A DNA stretch of 64,000 nt from a virus: the IMG/VR virus record IMGVR_UViG_3300031521_000040, positions 19,182 through 83,181 of that record. One strand, written 5' to 3'. Position numbers and translations under genes: made by a program. This document shows, piece by piece, positions 51,742 through 60,996 of the stretch (positions within the stretch are counted from its first letter, which is position 1; every line of letters starts with the position of its first letter). Below the pieces are notes generated by a model. That model worked only from the letters and a program-made list of their open reading frames with translations, searched no databases and was not told where the DNA came from.

Positions 51742-51823
51742 CCTTTTGTGGTGGAATTGGTATACACGGCAGCCCAAGAAACTGTTGTCGAAGGACATGC
51801 GAGTTCAAATCTCGCCAAGAGGA
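51742..51823 (+). tRNA. tRNA-Leu (AAG by register; class II)
   Basis: Leu-type D arm GTGGAATTGGTATACAC, GCAGC-CCAAGAA-ACTGT, long variable arm. Confidence 0.75.
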
Positions 51824-51989
51824 CTGAGATGTAATATGGTAATAAAGACGATGGCTGAGTGAGGCTATAGCGTGTCCAAAGCGCCAATAGACCACCAGAG
51901 GTTAACTCCCGATGCAATATCTGGCAACCTCACTCCCATATTACGGAAAGATGAATTATCGTCTGGAGATTCCAGACGGAAAATAATAT

Positions 51990-52064
51990 GCTGGTGTAGC
52001 CGAATGGTAAATAGGCAACTGACTTAGGATCAGAAATTTGCGAGTTCGAGTCTCGCCACCAGTA
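51990..52064 (+). tRNA. tRNA-Leu(TAG), short variable arm
   Basis: CTGA-CTTAGGA-TCAG. Confidence 0.82.
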
Positions 52065-52069
52065 CATTT

Positions 52070-52158
52070 GGGGATGTGATGAAATTGGTAGCACATGACA
52101 AGCTTAAACCTTGTTGCGAAATAATAGTAGCGTGTCAGTTCGAGTCTGACCTTCCCTA
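52070..52158 (+). tRNA. tRNA-Leu(TAA)
   Basis: ACAAG-CTTAAAC-CTTGT, long variable arm. Confidence 0.88.
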
Positions 52159-52169
52159 CTGAAATACAT

Positions 52170-52241
52170 GGGGTGTGAAGTGTAATTGGCTGCACAAAAC
52201 ATTTGCAATGTTTTAGAGGGGTTCAAGTCCCACACGCTCCA
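52170..52241 (+). tRNA. tRNA-Ala(TGC)
   Basis: AAACA-TTTGCAA-TGTTT; G3:U70 pair. Confidence 0.85.
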
Positions 52242-52305
52242 CAAGAAATTTTGAGTTCATTCAATCTTTTCTCCACAATTAAAGTATTTATGATAAAATA
52301 TTATT

Positions 52306-53097
52306 ATGAATATATGTAAAAATTGTGGAATTGAAATCGAATCACATCGTAAATATTGTTCATTGAGATGTAGAAATATATATGTTAATGAAAATCTTAG
52401 AAACTATAGTAAAAACGGTGATTCTATTAGCAAAAAATTTGTTGATGAATATAATTCACATCCAAAAAAATGTAAAGCATGTGATAAAATTATACCATAT
52501 GCGCTAAGGGAATGGGTTTTTTGTTCTAAAGAATGTAAAAAAACTGGATTAATTAAGTGGAATGAAAATCGAAAAGGCGAAAAGCGTAGTTTTAGTAAAG
52601 AAGGAATTGATAATATTATTATAGCAAGACGATTAAGATTAGATACTAGTTTTGAGGATTACATGTCTAATCCGAAACTTTGTAAAGAATGTGGTGAAAA
52701 ATTGCCGTTTGACCATAAAGCACGAATTTTCTGTAATATTAAATGTAAACGAATTTATGATAGTAAAAACATATCCGAATATCAAATTTATTATAAAAAT
52801 TGTCAGTTTAAATTTAATTTATCTAACTATCCAGAAGAATTTAATTTCGATATGATAAATGAATATGGTTGGTATAAAGCAAAAAATCATGGTGATAATT
52901 TAAATGGTATTAGTCGTGACCATATGATTTCAGTAAAATATGGTTATGAAAATAATATTAGCTCAGATATTATTTCTCACCCTGCTAATTGCAAACTAAT
53001 GCCACATAGTAGTAATTCAAAGAAACATAGTAACTGTTCGCTTAGCTTAGAAAACTTGCTACTAAAAATCAATGAATGGAATTTAAAATATTATTAG
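52306..53097 (+). CDS. HNH-like endonuclease with Zn-finger repeats, inserted in the tRNA array
   Basis: Three CxxC...(Y/F)C..C modules; SRDHMIS...HPANC.LM....NSKK; late motif at 52283. Confidence 0.75.
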   Translation: MNICKNCGIEIESHRKYCSLRCRNIYVNENLRNYSKNGDSISKKFVDEYNSHPKKCKACDKIIPYALREWVFCSKECKKTGLIKWNENRKGEKRSFSKEGIDNIIIARRLRLDTSFEDYMSNPKLCKECGEKLPFDHKARIFCNIKCKRIYDSKNISEYQIYYKNCQFKFNLSNYPEEFNFDMINEYGWYKAKNHGDNLNGISRDHMISVKYGYENNISSDIISHPANCKLMPHSSNSKKHSNCSLSLENLLLKINEWNLKYY

Positions 53098-53135
53098 AAA
53101 TAAATAAAATCGTCTGGAAATTCCAGACAAAACAT

Positions 53136-53218
53136 ACGTAAGTTGCCGAGTGGTTAAAGGCGGTGGTCTCCAAAACTACTAGAGAAATCTTTCGTGGGTT
53201 CGAATCCTACCTTACGTG
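53136..53218 (+). tRNA. tRNA-Trp(CCA), long variable arm
   Basis: GTGGT-CTCCAAA-ACTAC; G73. Confidence 0.85.
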
Positions 53219-53240
53219 CTTGATAATCAACAAGTTATAT

Positions 53241-53314
53241 AGCCCTATATGCCAACTGGTAGAGTGAGGTGTTTCAAACGCATCGTAGTGAGAGTTCGAA
53301 TCTCTCTAGGGCTA
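53241..53314 (+). tRNA. tRNA-Leu(CAA), short variable arm
   Basis: GGTGT-TTCAAAC-GCATC. Confidence 0.75.
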
Positions 53315-53403
53315 CATTTAGTCATCGGGAATCTCCAGATGAAATTAATTTAATATTTTTGTAACATTTCGCTATAGTTATACGTATAATAATTAAAATA
53401 TTC

Positions 53404-54171
53404 TTGCTTATTATTATCATTATCATTACTTTTAACAAAAATTATCACATGTATATTATTTCAAATAAGAAAAAAGATTATTATGATGGCGTTGCTGGTA
53501 CAGTAGGCATTGATAAAACCATTGTATATAATCGTCAGCAAATTGAAATAGGTGAAAAGGACTTACCTTCTTTATTTAAAGTTGATATACATAATCATAA
53601 CAATTCTTCATTCACCAAATTGGATGCTTATCACATTAAAGATGAATATTCTAAAGATTTTTTTAATTATTCATGTGATATTATTGGATTTTGTGGTAAG
53701 ATTTATTTTTGTTGGAATTTCTATTATAAGAAATATAATAGGTTTACGCATGCTGATGAAACAGTTACTCATATTACATATGATATTACTGAAGCTAAGG
53801 ATATTTTAACAGATAAAAACTATTATGGTAATCTTGCTGACAATATCAACGATGTTCTAAATTATGATGCAATGCATTTGTTTAGAGAATTTAAAACACC
53901 TGTATTTGTTTATTCAGATGACCCACATGATTCGGTTTTGCTTGATAGGCGCAGATATAGATGGGCAAAAAAGATCATATTGAATCCAATATTAAATGAT
54001 TTCAACTTCTATTCTGAGTTTGATTCATTTCAAGCATTTCAAGAAATTCAGATGTTTATCGGTGGCGTACTAGGTTGTAATGAAAAAGATATTATTGAAG
54101 TTGCTGATAAATATAAGATTGCGCAGCACGGATTTGATAAATTTAGTTTTAGAAAGGATAAGGAAAAATGA
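53404..54171 (+). CDS. Conserved phage hypothetical protein (likely start near 53449)
   Basis: KKDYYDG...FQAFQEIQMFIGGVL...KIAQHGFDK.SFR. Confidence 0.6.
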   Translation: MLIIIIIITFNKNYHMYIISNKKKDYYDGVAGTVGIDKTIVYNRQQIEIGEKDLPSLFKVDIHNHNNSSFTKLDAYHIKDEYSKDFFNYSCDIIGFCGKIYFCWNFYYKKYNRFTHADETVTHITYDITEAKDILTDKNYYGNLADNINDVLNYDAMHLFREFKTPVFVYSDDPHDSVLLDRRRYRWAKKIILNPILNDFNFYSEFDSFQAFQEIQMFIGGVLGCNEKDIIEVADKYKIAQHGFDKFSFRKDKEK

Positions 54172-54440
54172 AACCTGTTATAAACAAAATATTTTTCATA
54201 CCTGCTAAGTTCGTGGAAGTTCGTGGCGATAAAGTAGTTCTCGATTGCTTGCTTACAGCAAATCATCAGGGTATTGAAAGAAGAATTTTCGATAAAATAT
54301 TGTTTGACGATATTGATAATCCAAATCTAATTATGATTGCAATGATATCAGGCTTTATGTGTTTTCAGATTAATGTAATGTCTGCCGATGAATATATGTA
54401 TTTGTATAAGAAAAAATGGTTTTGGCTGTTAAAAAATTAA
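54168..54440 (+). CDS. Hypothetical protein
   Basis: Operonic ORF. Confidence 0.5.
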   Translation: MKPVINKIFFIPAKFVEVRGDKVVLDCLLTANHQGIERRIFDKILFDDIDNPNLIMIAMISGFMCFQINVMSADEYMYLYKKKWFWLLKN

Positions 54441-54913
54441 TCATGGAACAATTAGATAAGAGAAAAATTAAATTTAGGATAGTTGAACACCAATATGATA
54501 ATGGTAGTAAAAGTTTCACACCTGAATGGTATTGCTATATTAAACAAGCATGTAATTTTGGATGGAATCCTTGCTATGGTTCTAATTTAACTGCGGAAAC
54601 CGATACGCATGAACAGGCATTAAAAAATATCATTTTTTTTGCTGGTTGTATTGGATTATTCGTATCCAAGCCTAAAGAAATTATACATGAAATAAACATA
54701 GGTAATTTATTTGATATCAATAAAGACTGTAGAAAAACACCTGATATTGAAAAAACAGATGAAATACTTGCTGAGCTTAAATTAAGAAAAAGAAGAAATC
54801 TCATGAATCGAGCACTAAACAATAACGCTTCAGAATTCGCATATAGTGAAATTGAAATCACGGTTTTGAATGATTTGATTAAGTACGTTCAAGATTTAAT
54901 AAATAGCAAATAA
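54416..54913 (+). CDS. Hypothetical protein
   Basis: Operonic ORF. Confidence 0.5.
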   Translation: MVLAVKKLIMEQLDKRKIKFRIVEHQYDNGSKSFTPEWYCYIKQACNFGWNPCYGSNLTAETDTHEQALKNIIFFAGCIGLFVSKPKEIIHEINIGNLFDINKDCRKTPDIEKTDEILAELKLRKRRNLMNRALNNNASEFAYSEIEITVLNDLIKYVQDLINSK

Positions 54914-55076
54914 TGAAAAAAACTGAAAAGATATTACTGGCGCTTAAGGCAGACAGAAGATTAAATGATACTCATTGTACTTTAAACAACTGTTCACCTT
55001 CACAATATATGCAAGGTAGTAATAAAATATTGGATGATTACATTATATATGTAGAAAATTTAATAAATAAGAAATA

Positions 55077-55364
55077 ATGGACTTTGAATCGGGTGATATT
55101 GTTTTAGTTAAAAAAGGAACTACTGTATGGCTAGTTAATCTTGGCTTAGGTATGATACTTGCGTATGACATATTGGTTGAAATTGATTGTTATTTTGGCG
55201 GTAGTTATTTAGGTAAAAGAAAATTGATATGGGAAAAGGACGATGATTTTGAATTAATAGATAATGCAGCAGCTTTTGAACTATTTAAAGATGATCTTAA
55301 AGACCTAATCAAATACGATACACTTACATATGAAGAAAAATTAGCACTTACCAAATACATTTAA
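55077..55364 (+). CDS. Hypothetical protein
   Basis: Operonic ORF. Confidence 0.5.
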   Translation: MDFESGDIVLVKKGTTVWLVNLGLGMILAYDILVEIDCYFGGSYLGKRKLIWEKDDDFELIDNAAAFELFKDDLKDLIKYDTLTYEEKLALTKYI

Positions 55365-55368
55365 TATT

Positions 55369-55701
55369 ATGAAAATCAGGAAAATATGTGGATTCATGCG
55401 GTTCTTTTTAGGTGACAGCGTTTTAGCTATTACATTAGCTCCTTTTGGCATATATGTTAAACCCGATTATGATATAACAGAAGATACCATCAGACATGAA
55501 ACGATACATTGGAAACAACAAATGGAAATGTTAATAATTCCATTTTATCTCTGGTATTTTGCTGAATACATCATACGTGTGATACTTTTCGAAGATAAAC
55601 CATATATGAACTTGTCAATGGAGAAGGAAGCATATCAAAATGAAAACAACGTTGATTACTTAGCAACTCGCAAGCATTTTGCTTGGTTTAAATATTTATG
55701 A
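55369..55701 (+). CDS. HExxH-motif membrane-associated protein
   Basis: AITLAPFGI, IRHETIHWKQQME, SMEKEAY. Confidence 0.65.
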   Translation: MKIRKICGFMRFFLGDSVLAITLAPFGIYVKPDYDITEDTIRHETIHWKQQMEMLIIPFYLWYFAEYIIRVILFEDKPYMNLSMEKEAYQNENNVDYLATRKHFAWFKYL

Positions 55702-55855
55702 TTATGAAAAGGATAGTAAATTGGTTTAAGAAGTGTTATTTGAATTACCAGATAAGCGAGAATGATATCGCATTAACTATTCAAGCCATAACATATGAAG
55801 AATATTTAATAATTGACGATAAGTTAAAAAAAGAACTTGAAAAAATAAAATAATC

Positions 55856-56581
55856 ATGAAAGTAAAAATAGGTAATAGAGTATTTGATGCTGATGATCAG
55901 CCAATCATGCTTTACTTTGAAGACAGTAGTGAGTCACAAACGGTTGCAATGCAATTGTTTAATATGGCAACTGATTCTCGAAAATATTGCATGTATCCTG
56001 ATGACACTGATGCCACCAAGATTTTAAATTTCATGAATACCGATAAGTATGACGAACAAAAAAGATGCAACGATCAATGGATTTCGTTAATAAAGCAAAT
56101 TGGTTTTTCAGATAAGAATATTAAAACAGTGCTGAAATATGTTAAGCTGCATACAAGATATGAAATAGCTGGAATGGTTATTGATAAAAACATTACTTCT
56201 CCAAGTGACATACCAGTACCAACACTATATTTAGCATTAAAGGTTTTATTTGAATTGGAAAAACAAGGTCTTTTCAACAGGTTATTTTTCATTGATAGAC
56301 CGACAATAAGCACTTATAAATTTAACAGAAAATCATATTCTTTTAATGTTGCAACTAGTATTATGAAGTTCAAATTAAATCCTTATGATGATTTTCCGAT
56401 CTCAATGCTGGAAACAGGACTTGATGATGTAATAGTTAATGAAACGGTTTTCATATTGAAAAAGCAATTGGATTCGACACCATTATTAATATTCATTCTC
56501 TTTTCAGATAGAAGTATAATTGATGGTAAAGAATTAATAATAAGCCACAGATATTCAGTGGGTAAAATAAACGAACAATGA
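55856..56581 (+). CDS. Hypothetical protein
   Basis: 241 aa ORF. Confidence 0.5.
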   Translation: MKVKIGNRVFDADDQPIMLYFEDSSESQTVAMQLFNMATDSRKYCMYPDDTDATKILNFMNTDKYDEQKRCNDQWISLIKQIGFSDKNIKTVLKYVKLHTRYEIAGMVIDKNITSPSDIPVPTLYLALKVLFELEKQGLFNRLFFIDRPTISTYKFNRKSYSFNVATSIMKFKLNPYDDFPISMLETGLDDVIVNETVFILKKQLDSTPLLIFILFSDRSIIDGKELIISHRYSVGKINEQ

Positions 56582-57018
56582 GAAAAATTACAGTGATAAT
56601 TGAAGATGGGTTCAATACTTTAAGTCAAACAATTAAATGTGATGCCATTTGCTTTGCAGCATCAGGTGTTGGTGCATTAAGCAGTCATTTAAATCATGAA
56701 ATGAATATGCTTATTGAGTCTCAAAAGGATTGGATTGCTGAAGAGCCAAAAGATTGTAAATTTGTCATAGCGTGTAGATATAGTGATGTAATTGCATGTG
56801 GTATTGATACATCGTTTGATGCTTTATGTGTATACATTGGTGAACATTTCAATAATGTATGCAAGAGAAATCCTAGCTATTCAGATAAATATACAAAAGA
56901 AGAGCATAAGAAATTTTGGTATCATTTATTAGAAGTAAATGAAAGTGAATGTGAAAATTTAATGAGAGATCACATTGATAATGCTCATGAAAATAAATGG
57001 TTTCATTATAGTGCTTAA
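56578..57018 (+). CDS. Hypothetical protein
   Basis: 146 aa ORF. Confidence 0.5.
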   Translation: MRKITVIIEDGFNTLSQTIKCDAICFAASGVGALSSHLNHEMNMLIESQKDWIAEEPKDCKFVIACRYSDVIACGIDTSFDALCVYIGEHFNNVCKRNPSYSDKYTKEEHKKFWYHLLEVNESECENLMRDHIDNAHENKWFHYSA

Positions 57019-57027
57019 ACTAATATT

Positions 57028-57480
57028 ATGAACGAAGAAAGCTGGAAAACACTAAATAAATTCCATGATGATCTAATAATTGCAATTGAAGAATATGAAA
57101 ATTCTCCTGAAGGCAAGACAGCTAATGCATGGAAGAAATATCTTGAAGAATTTCAAGAAGAACGGTTTCAACAATTTGAAAAATGGTTAGAACATAACGA
57201 TTTTGATAAATTGATATATCGTTTAATATCGGAACATGATGCTGACTATCGTGATAGCTGGTATGAAAGAGGTATTGAGCCACAGCCGAATAATAAACTA
57301 CAATTTTTACTCGATTATGTTGATAATAGGTGTAAAATAACTAACGTGAAAAAGCTTGATTGTGGGTTCAACAACCAAATACGATTATTTAAGGGTTATT
57401 ACTTTCAAACAACACATGGTCAAGGGACTGTTACTGATATCTATAACAAAAAGAAACTGCAACACTTATTACACGTATGA
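57028..57480 (+). CDS. Hypothetical protein
   Basis: 150 aa ORF. Confidence 0.5.
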   Translation: MNEESWKTLNKFHDDLIIAIEEYENSPEGKTANAWKKYLEEFQEERFQQFEKWLEHNDFDKLIYRLISEHDADYRDSWYERGIEPQPNNKLQFLLDYVDNRCKITNVKKLDCGFNNQIRLFKGYYFQTTHGQGTVTDIYNKKKLQHLLHV

Positions 57481-57785
57481 AAATATATAATAAATTAGTT
57501 CGTGATAAGATATTGAAAATATTGAAAAAAGCTGGTGTAAAGCATAAATATCATATTGCTGATGATGCTGAATACTATACTAAACTTCACGATAAACTAC
57601 AAGAGGAAATTCAAGAATTTGTTGAAAACCCATGTATGGAAGAATTTGCTGATATTTTGGAAGTATTAGAAGCTATTGGTAAATATCATAAACTTGATTT
57701 TGGTGAAATTAAAACAATAAAAGGAATTAAACAAATTGAACGTGGTGCATTCTATAATAAAATAATTTTAGAATCTACAGATTAA
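57477..57785 (+). CDS. MazG/HisE-like all-alpha NTP pyrophosphohydrolase
   Basis: YNKLVRDKI, KLQEEIQEF, EEFADILEV, ERGAF. Confidence 0.8.
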   Translation: MKIYNKLVRDKILKILKKAGVKHKYHIADDAEYYTKLHDKLQEEIQEFVENPCMEEFADILEVLEAIGKYHKLDFGEIKTIKGIKQIERGAFYNKIILESTD

Positions 57786-57790
57786 AATAT

Positions 57791-57878
57791 GGGGGTGTGA
57801 TGAAATTGGTAAACATAACAGACTTAAAATCTGTCGGTTAGCTTAAGCGCCTTGAGGGTTCAAGTCCCTCTACCCCTA
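57791..57878 (+). tRNA. tRNA-Leu(TAA)
   Basis: ACAGA-CTTAAAA-TCTGT, long variable arm. Confidence 0.9.
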
Positions 57879-58076
57879 CAAACCTAAATGAAATGAAAGC
57901 TAAACCAAAAGAAGATGATTGTAATTGTGGTAAACCATTGAAATTAGATGATCCACGAAAGAAAGCATTAGAAGCAAAAAAAATTATTAAGAAAAGAAAT
58001 CTACTTAAATAAAAGTATTTATTATTATGAAAAAACTATGGGAATTCTTGTAACGCTCTAATGCGTATACGGGATT

Positions 58077-58364
58077 ATGAGAAATAAAGAAACTATGGAT
58101 GCCACTGACAATCGTGGCGTATTCAATCGTGCATACAAGGAATATCTTGAGCACAAAGGAAAAATTCATTGCAGCTATTGCAAATATCATAAGGGTGAAA
58201 ATTACAAGGGTAATAGCTATGGAGGATATGGGAAAGTTAAGCTTCCTAATTGGAAGCTAGTATCGAAGAACCCTAAACAATGGATGAAAAAACCGATGAA
58301 AATCGTTGAAAAACCAACACATCACCCAATGTATAATATGTTTTATACTGAAATCAAATTTTAG
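58077..58364 (+). CDS. Small basic hypothetical protein
   Basis: CSYCKYH; 95 aa. Confidence 0.5.
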   Translation: MRNKETMDATDNRGVFNRAYKEYLEHKGKIHCSYCKYHKGENYKGNSYGGYGKVKLPNWKLVSKNPKQWMKKPMKIVEKPTHHPMYNMFYTEIKF

Positions 58365-58372
58365 TATAATAT

Positions 58373-58443
58373 GCGGATATCGTTCAAAGGTAGGACTGCT
58401 CCCCCATAAAGAGTAGATATGAGTTCGATTCTCATTATCCGTA
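58373..58443 (+). tRNA. tRNA with CAT anticodon (Met or Ile2), atypical
   Basis: GCTCC-CCCATAA-AGAGT; intact acceptor and T arms. Confidence 0.65.
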
Positions 58444-58447
58444 CAAA

Positions 58448-58906
58448 TTAAAATGTAACTGAGCAGATATTGGTTTTAAAATCAAAATCTAAGCCAGATA
58501 CATACAATCCACCACCTGTGTTTAAAACAGCATCACCTACATTGAATTTCCAAGGCTGTTCCGCTATGTTTTTATCTGTTTCATTTTCTAATGCATCGGT
58601 ATGCTTATTGTAGGATGCGAGCTTATATGTTCCCTCTACACCGTCTATTGATATAATGAAGTTCTCAACGCCAAAGTCATTCAACCAAAACGAAATATGC
58701 CAACTAATAAAAATATCACTATCATTGATGTCTGCATCAAAATCTGATGAAAATACTTCGTAATTAAAAAATGTTGAATCTTTTATTTCTTGACGAAATC
58801 TAAAATTATCGTTTTCCATTACAAAACCTTCGTTAAGAAATTTTTTAATCTCTTCATTAAGAATTGTATCTATGTTTTTTCCAGCGTTTAATGTTTTAAA
58901 ACTCAT
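58448..58906 (-). CDS. Hypothetical protein
   Basis: ILNEEIKKFLNE N-terminal motif; late motif at 58921. Confidence 0.55.
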   Translation of the reverse strand: MSFKTLNAGKNIDTILNEEIKKFLNEGFVMENDNFRFRQEIKDSTFFNYEVFSSDFDADINDSDIFISWHISFWLNDFGVENFIISIDGVEGTYKLASYNKHTDALENETDKNIAEQPWKFNVGDAVLNTGGGLYVSGLDFDFKTNICSVTF

Positions 58907-58980
58907 GTCAGTATTTTTCTATAAATACACTATGATTGTTAAAAATTCTTCATTATATTTGCAACATAATATATTGAAGT

Positions 58981-59995
58981 ATGATTGAAAGCAATGAAGT
59001 GTTTGTAAATGAAAAACATTGGCGAAGTATGAGTGAAAATGAATTAAGTGCATTGCATTAAAGATTTTCTCTTATTATAGAGAACATGGATTTCCATATT
59101 ACCCAACTGATAATGAAATAAGAAGAAAAGATTTTAATAAGCTTAAAAACTTTAACTTTCATAATGCACAGGATAGGGCAGTAATAAATCAAACAATGCA
59201 TGGACTTGGTTTAGCTTGGTCATATTTTCCACATGCTTTTGATGTTAAATCTAATGGTATGATGACTCCTTATGAGGCATTCATGAATGATGAAATATTT
59301 ATGAAAGTCATATTGAAAAGATTGAAGATGGGAACATATATTTCTGATTCTGGTATAAGAAAAATGTTAAAAATTTATACTGGTGTTCAAGGAGTATCTA
59401 ATTTCAGACCAACAGCAGCAGCGTGTTTATATGATGAATTTGGAAAAGATGGTGTCGTGTGGGATATGTCTGGCGGATGGGGTGGTAGATTGCTTGGCGC
59501 AGCTATTAGCAACGTTAATAAGTATATAGCTACCGAACCTTCGACTAAAACATTTAATGGTCTTAAATCGCTTGCAAATGACTTTTCTGGCAATATGATA
59601 TGTGAAATCAATCATTGTGGTAGTGAAGATTATGTTCCCGAAGTGAATAGTTTGGATATGTGTTTTACATCGCCACCATATTTTGATCTGGAACAATACT
59701 CAAGCGAATCAACACAAAGCTATATTAAATTTAATAATATTGAAAAATGGAGAGAAGGTTTTTTAAAACCAACATTTGATAATTGTTACTATGGACTAAA
59801 ACCTGAAAAATTCATGTTAATCAATATTTCAGATAAGGTTGGTAACAATATTAAGCTTGAAGATATTACAATTGAAACAGCAAAAGAAGTTGGATTTACA
59901 ATGTATGAAAATACTGGCTTGCTCTTTCAAATATAAATTTAATGGATAGTGGAATAAAATTTAAATATGAACCAATATATATTTTTAAAAAATGA
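58981..59995 (+). pseudogene. Amino-DNA methyltransferase with two apparent frameshifts
   Basis: WDMSGGWGGRLLG (SAM binding), FTSPPYF; frames shift near 59053 and 59908. Confidence 0.75.
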
Positions 59996-60051
59996 TCATT
60001 TTATGGTTGTAAAAAATATGAAGAGTATTTATATCTATAAAACTATATGGC

Positions 60052-60996
60052 ATGGGAAAAAAATGTTTTTTTGAAGAAAATGAAATTATTGATATTATTA
60101 AAAAATACACTATTGAAAACCTGAGTTGTGAAAAAATTGGAATTTTATATAATGTTTCATCGACCACCATATCACGAAACCTTAAAAAAAATAAAATTGA
60201 AATTAAAAAATGTAATGAGTATAAAAAATACACAGTAAATGAAGAATTTTTAAAAAATGTTAATGGTATTAATTCATATTTTATTGGGTTAATGGCATCG
60301 GATGGAAATGTTAAAAAGAATTTCAGGTGTTTTTCAATATCACAGTCAGGTATAAACGGCATGAAATTGATTGAGCAAATTTCTAATTGGTTAGCATATT
60401 CAGGGAAAATTTATCATGCAAGAACGTCATGTAAAATATCACATGGAATTACTATTACTTCGGAAAAATTGGTTTCCGAAGTAATCAAACACAATATAGT
60501 GCCAAATAAATCAGCAATATTCTATTATAATAATTTAGCCTTATTAAAAGAGTTTTTACAGGGATATGTTGACGGAGATGGATGTGTTGGCATTTACAAA
60601 AAAAACGGAAAAAATTACTATTATATTAGTTTTTTTGGTACTACAAAATTTATGAAAAGTATTATTTCATTAATTCCGATAATACCTACTTGTTATAAGA
60701 TAAATGAAAACTATCATGAAATTAAGTTTTTTGGTAAAAAGGGTATTGATTTCAGTAATTGGCTATGGGAATATCCAGTATATAGCGATAGTATAAAATA
60801 TAAAAAATATGTTTTATTTAAAGCCAATGAATACCTTAACAGTGAAAAATATCAATATAATAAACTAAATATTGATATTATGAATATGTTGGATAAAAAT
60901 TTTACAGTAAAAGAAATTTGTGATAAGCACAATATTAATAAAAGAACAGTTTATAATTTAAAATATAATAAAAAAAATGGAAGAGGTACTTACTAA
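60052..60996 (+). CDS. LAGLIDADG homing endonuclease
   Basis: YFIGLMASDGNV and FLQGYVDGDGCV; late motif at 60024. Confidence 0.88.
   Translation: MGKKCFFEENEIIDIIKKYTIENLSCEKIGILYNVSSTTISRNLKKNKIEIKKCNEYKKYTVNEEFLKNVNGINSYFIGLMASDGNVKKNFRCFSISQSGINGMKLIEQISNWLAYSGKIYHARTSCKISHGITITSEKLVSEVIKHNIVPNKSAIFYYNNLALLKEFLQGYVDGDGCVGIYKKNGKNYYYISFFGTTKFMKSIISLIPIIPTCYKINENYHEIKFFGKKGIDFSNWLWEYPVYSDSIKYKKYVLFKANEYLNSEKYQYNKLNIDIMNMLDKNFTVKEICDKHNINKRTVYNLKYNKKNGRGTY

Noticed and set aside
51606-52195. Minus-strand ORFs of 60-103 aa
   Set aside because: Antisense to tRNA genes
53241-53314. Possible opal suppressor (TCA anticodon) or genetic-code reassignment
   Set aside because: The best stem register gives CAA (Leu); long genes read through in code 11 and TGA/TAG serve as normal stops
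58027-58053. Mini-ORF MKKLWEFL as a fourth attenuator leader
   Set aside because: No downstream terminator/antiterminator pair or boxA seen
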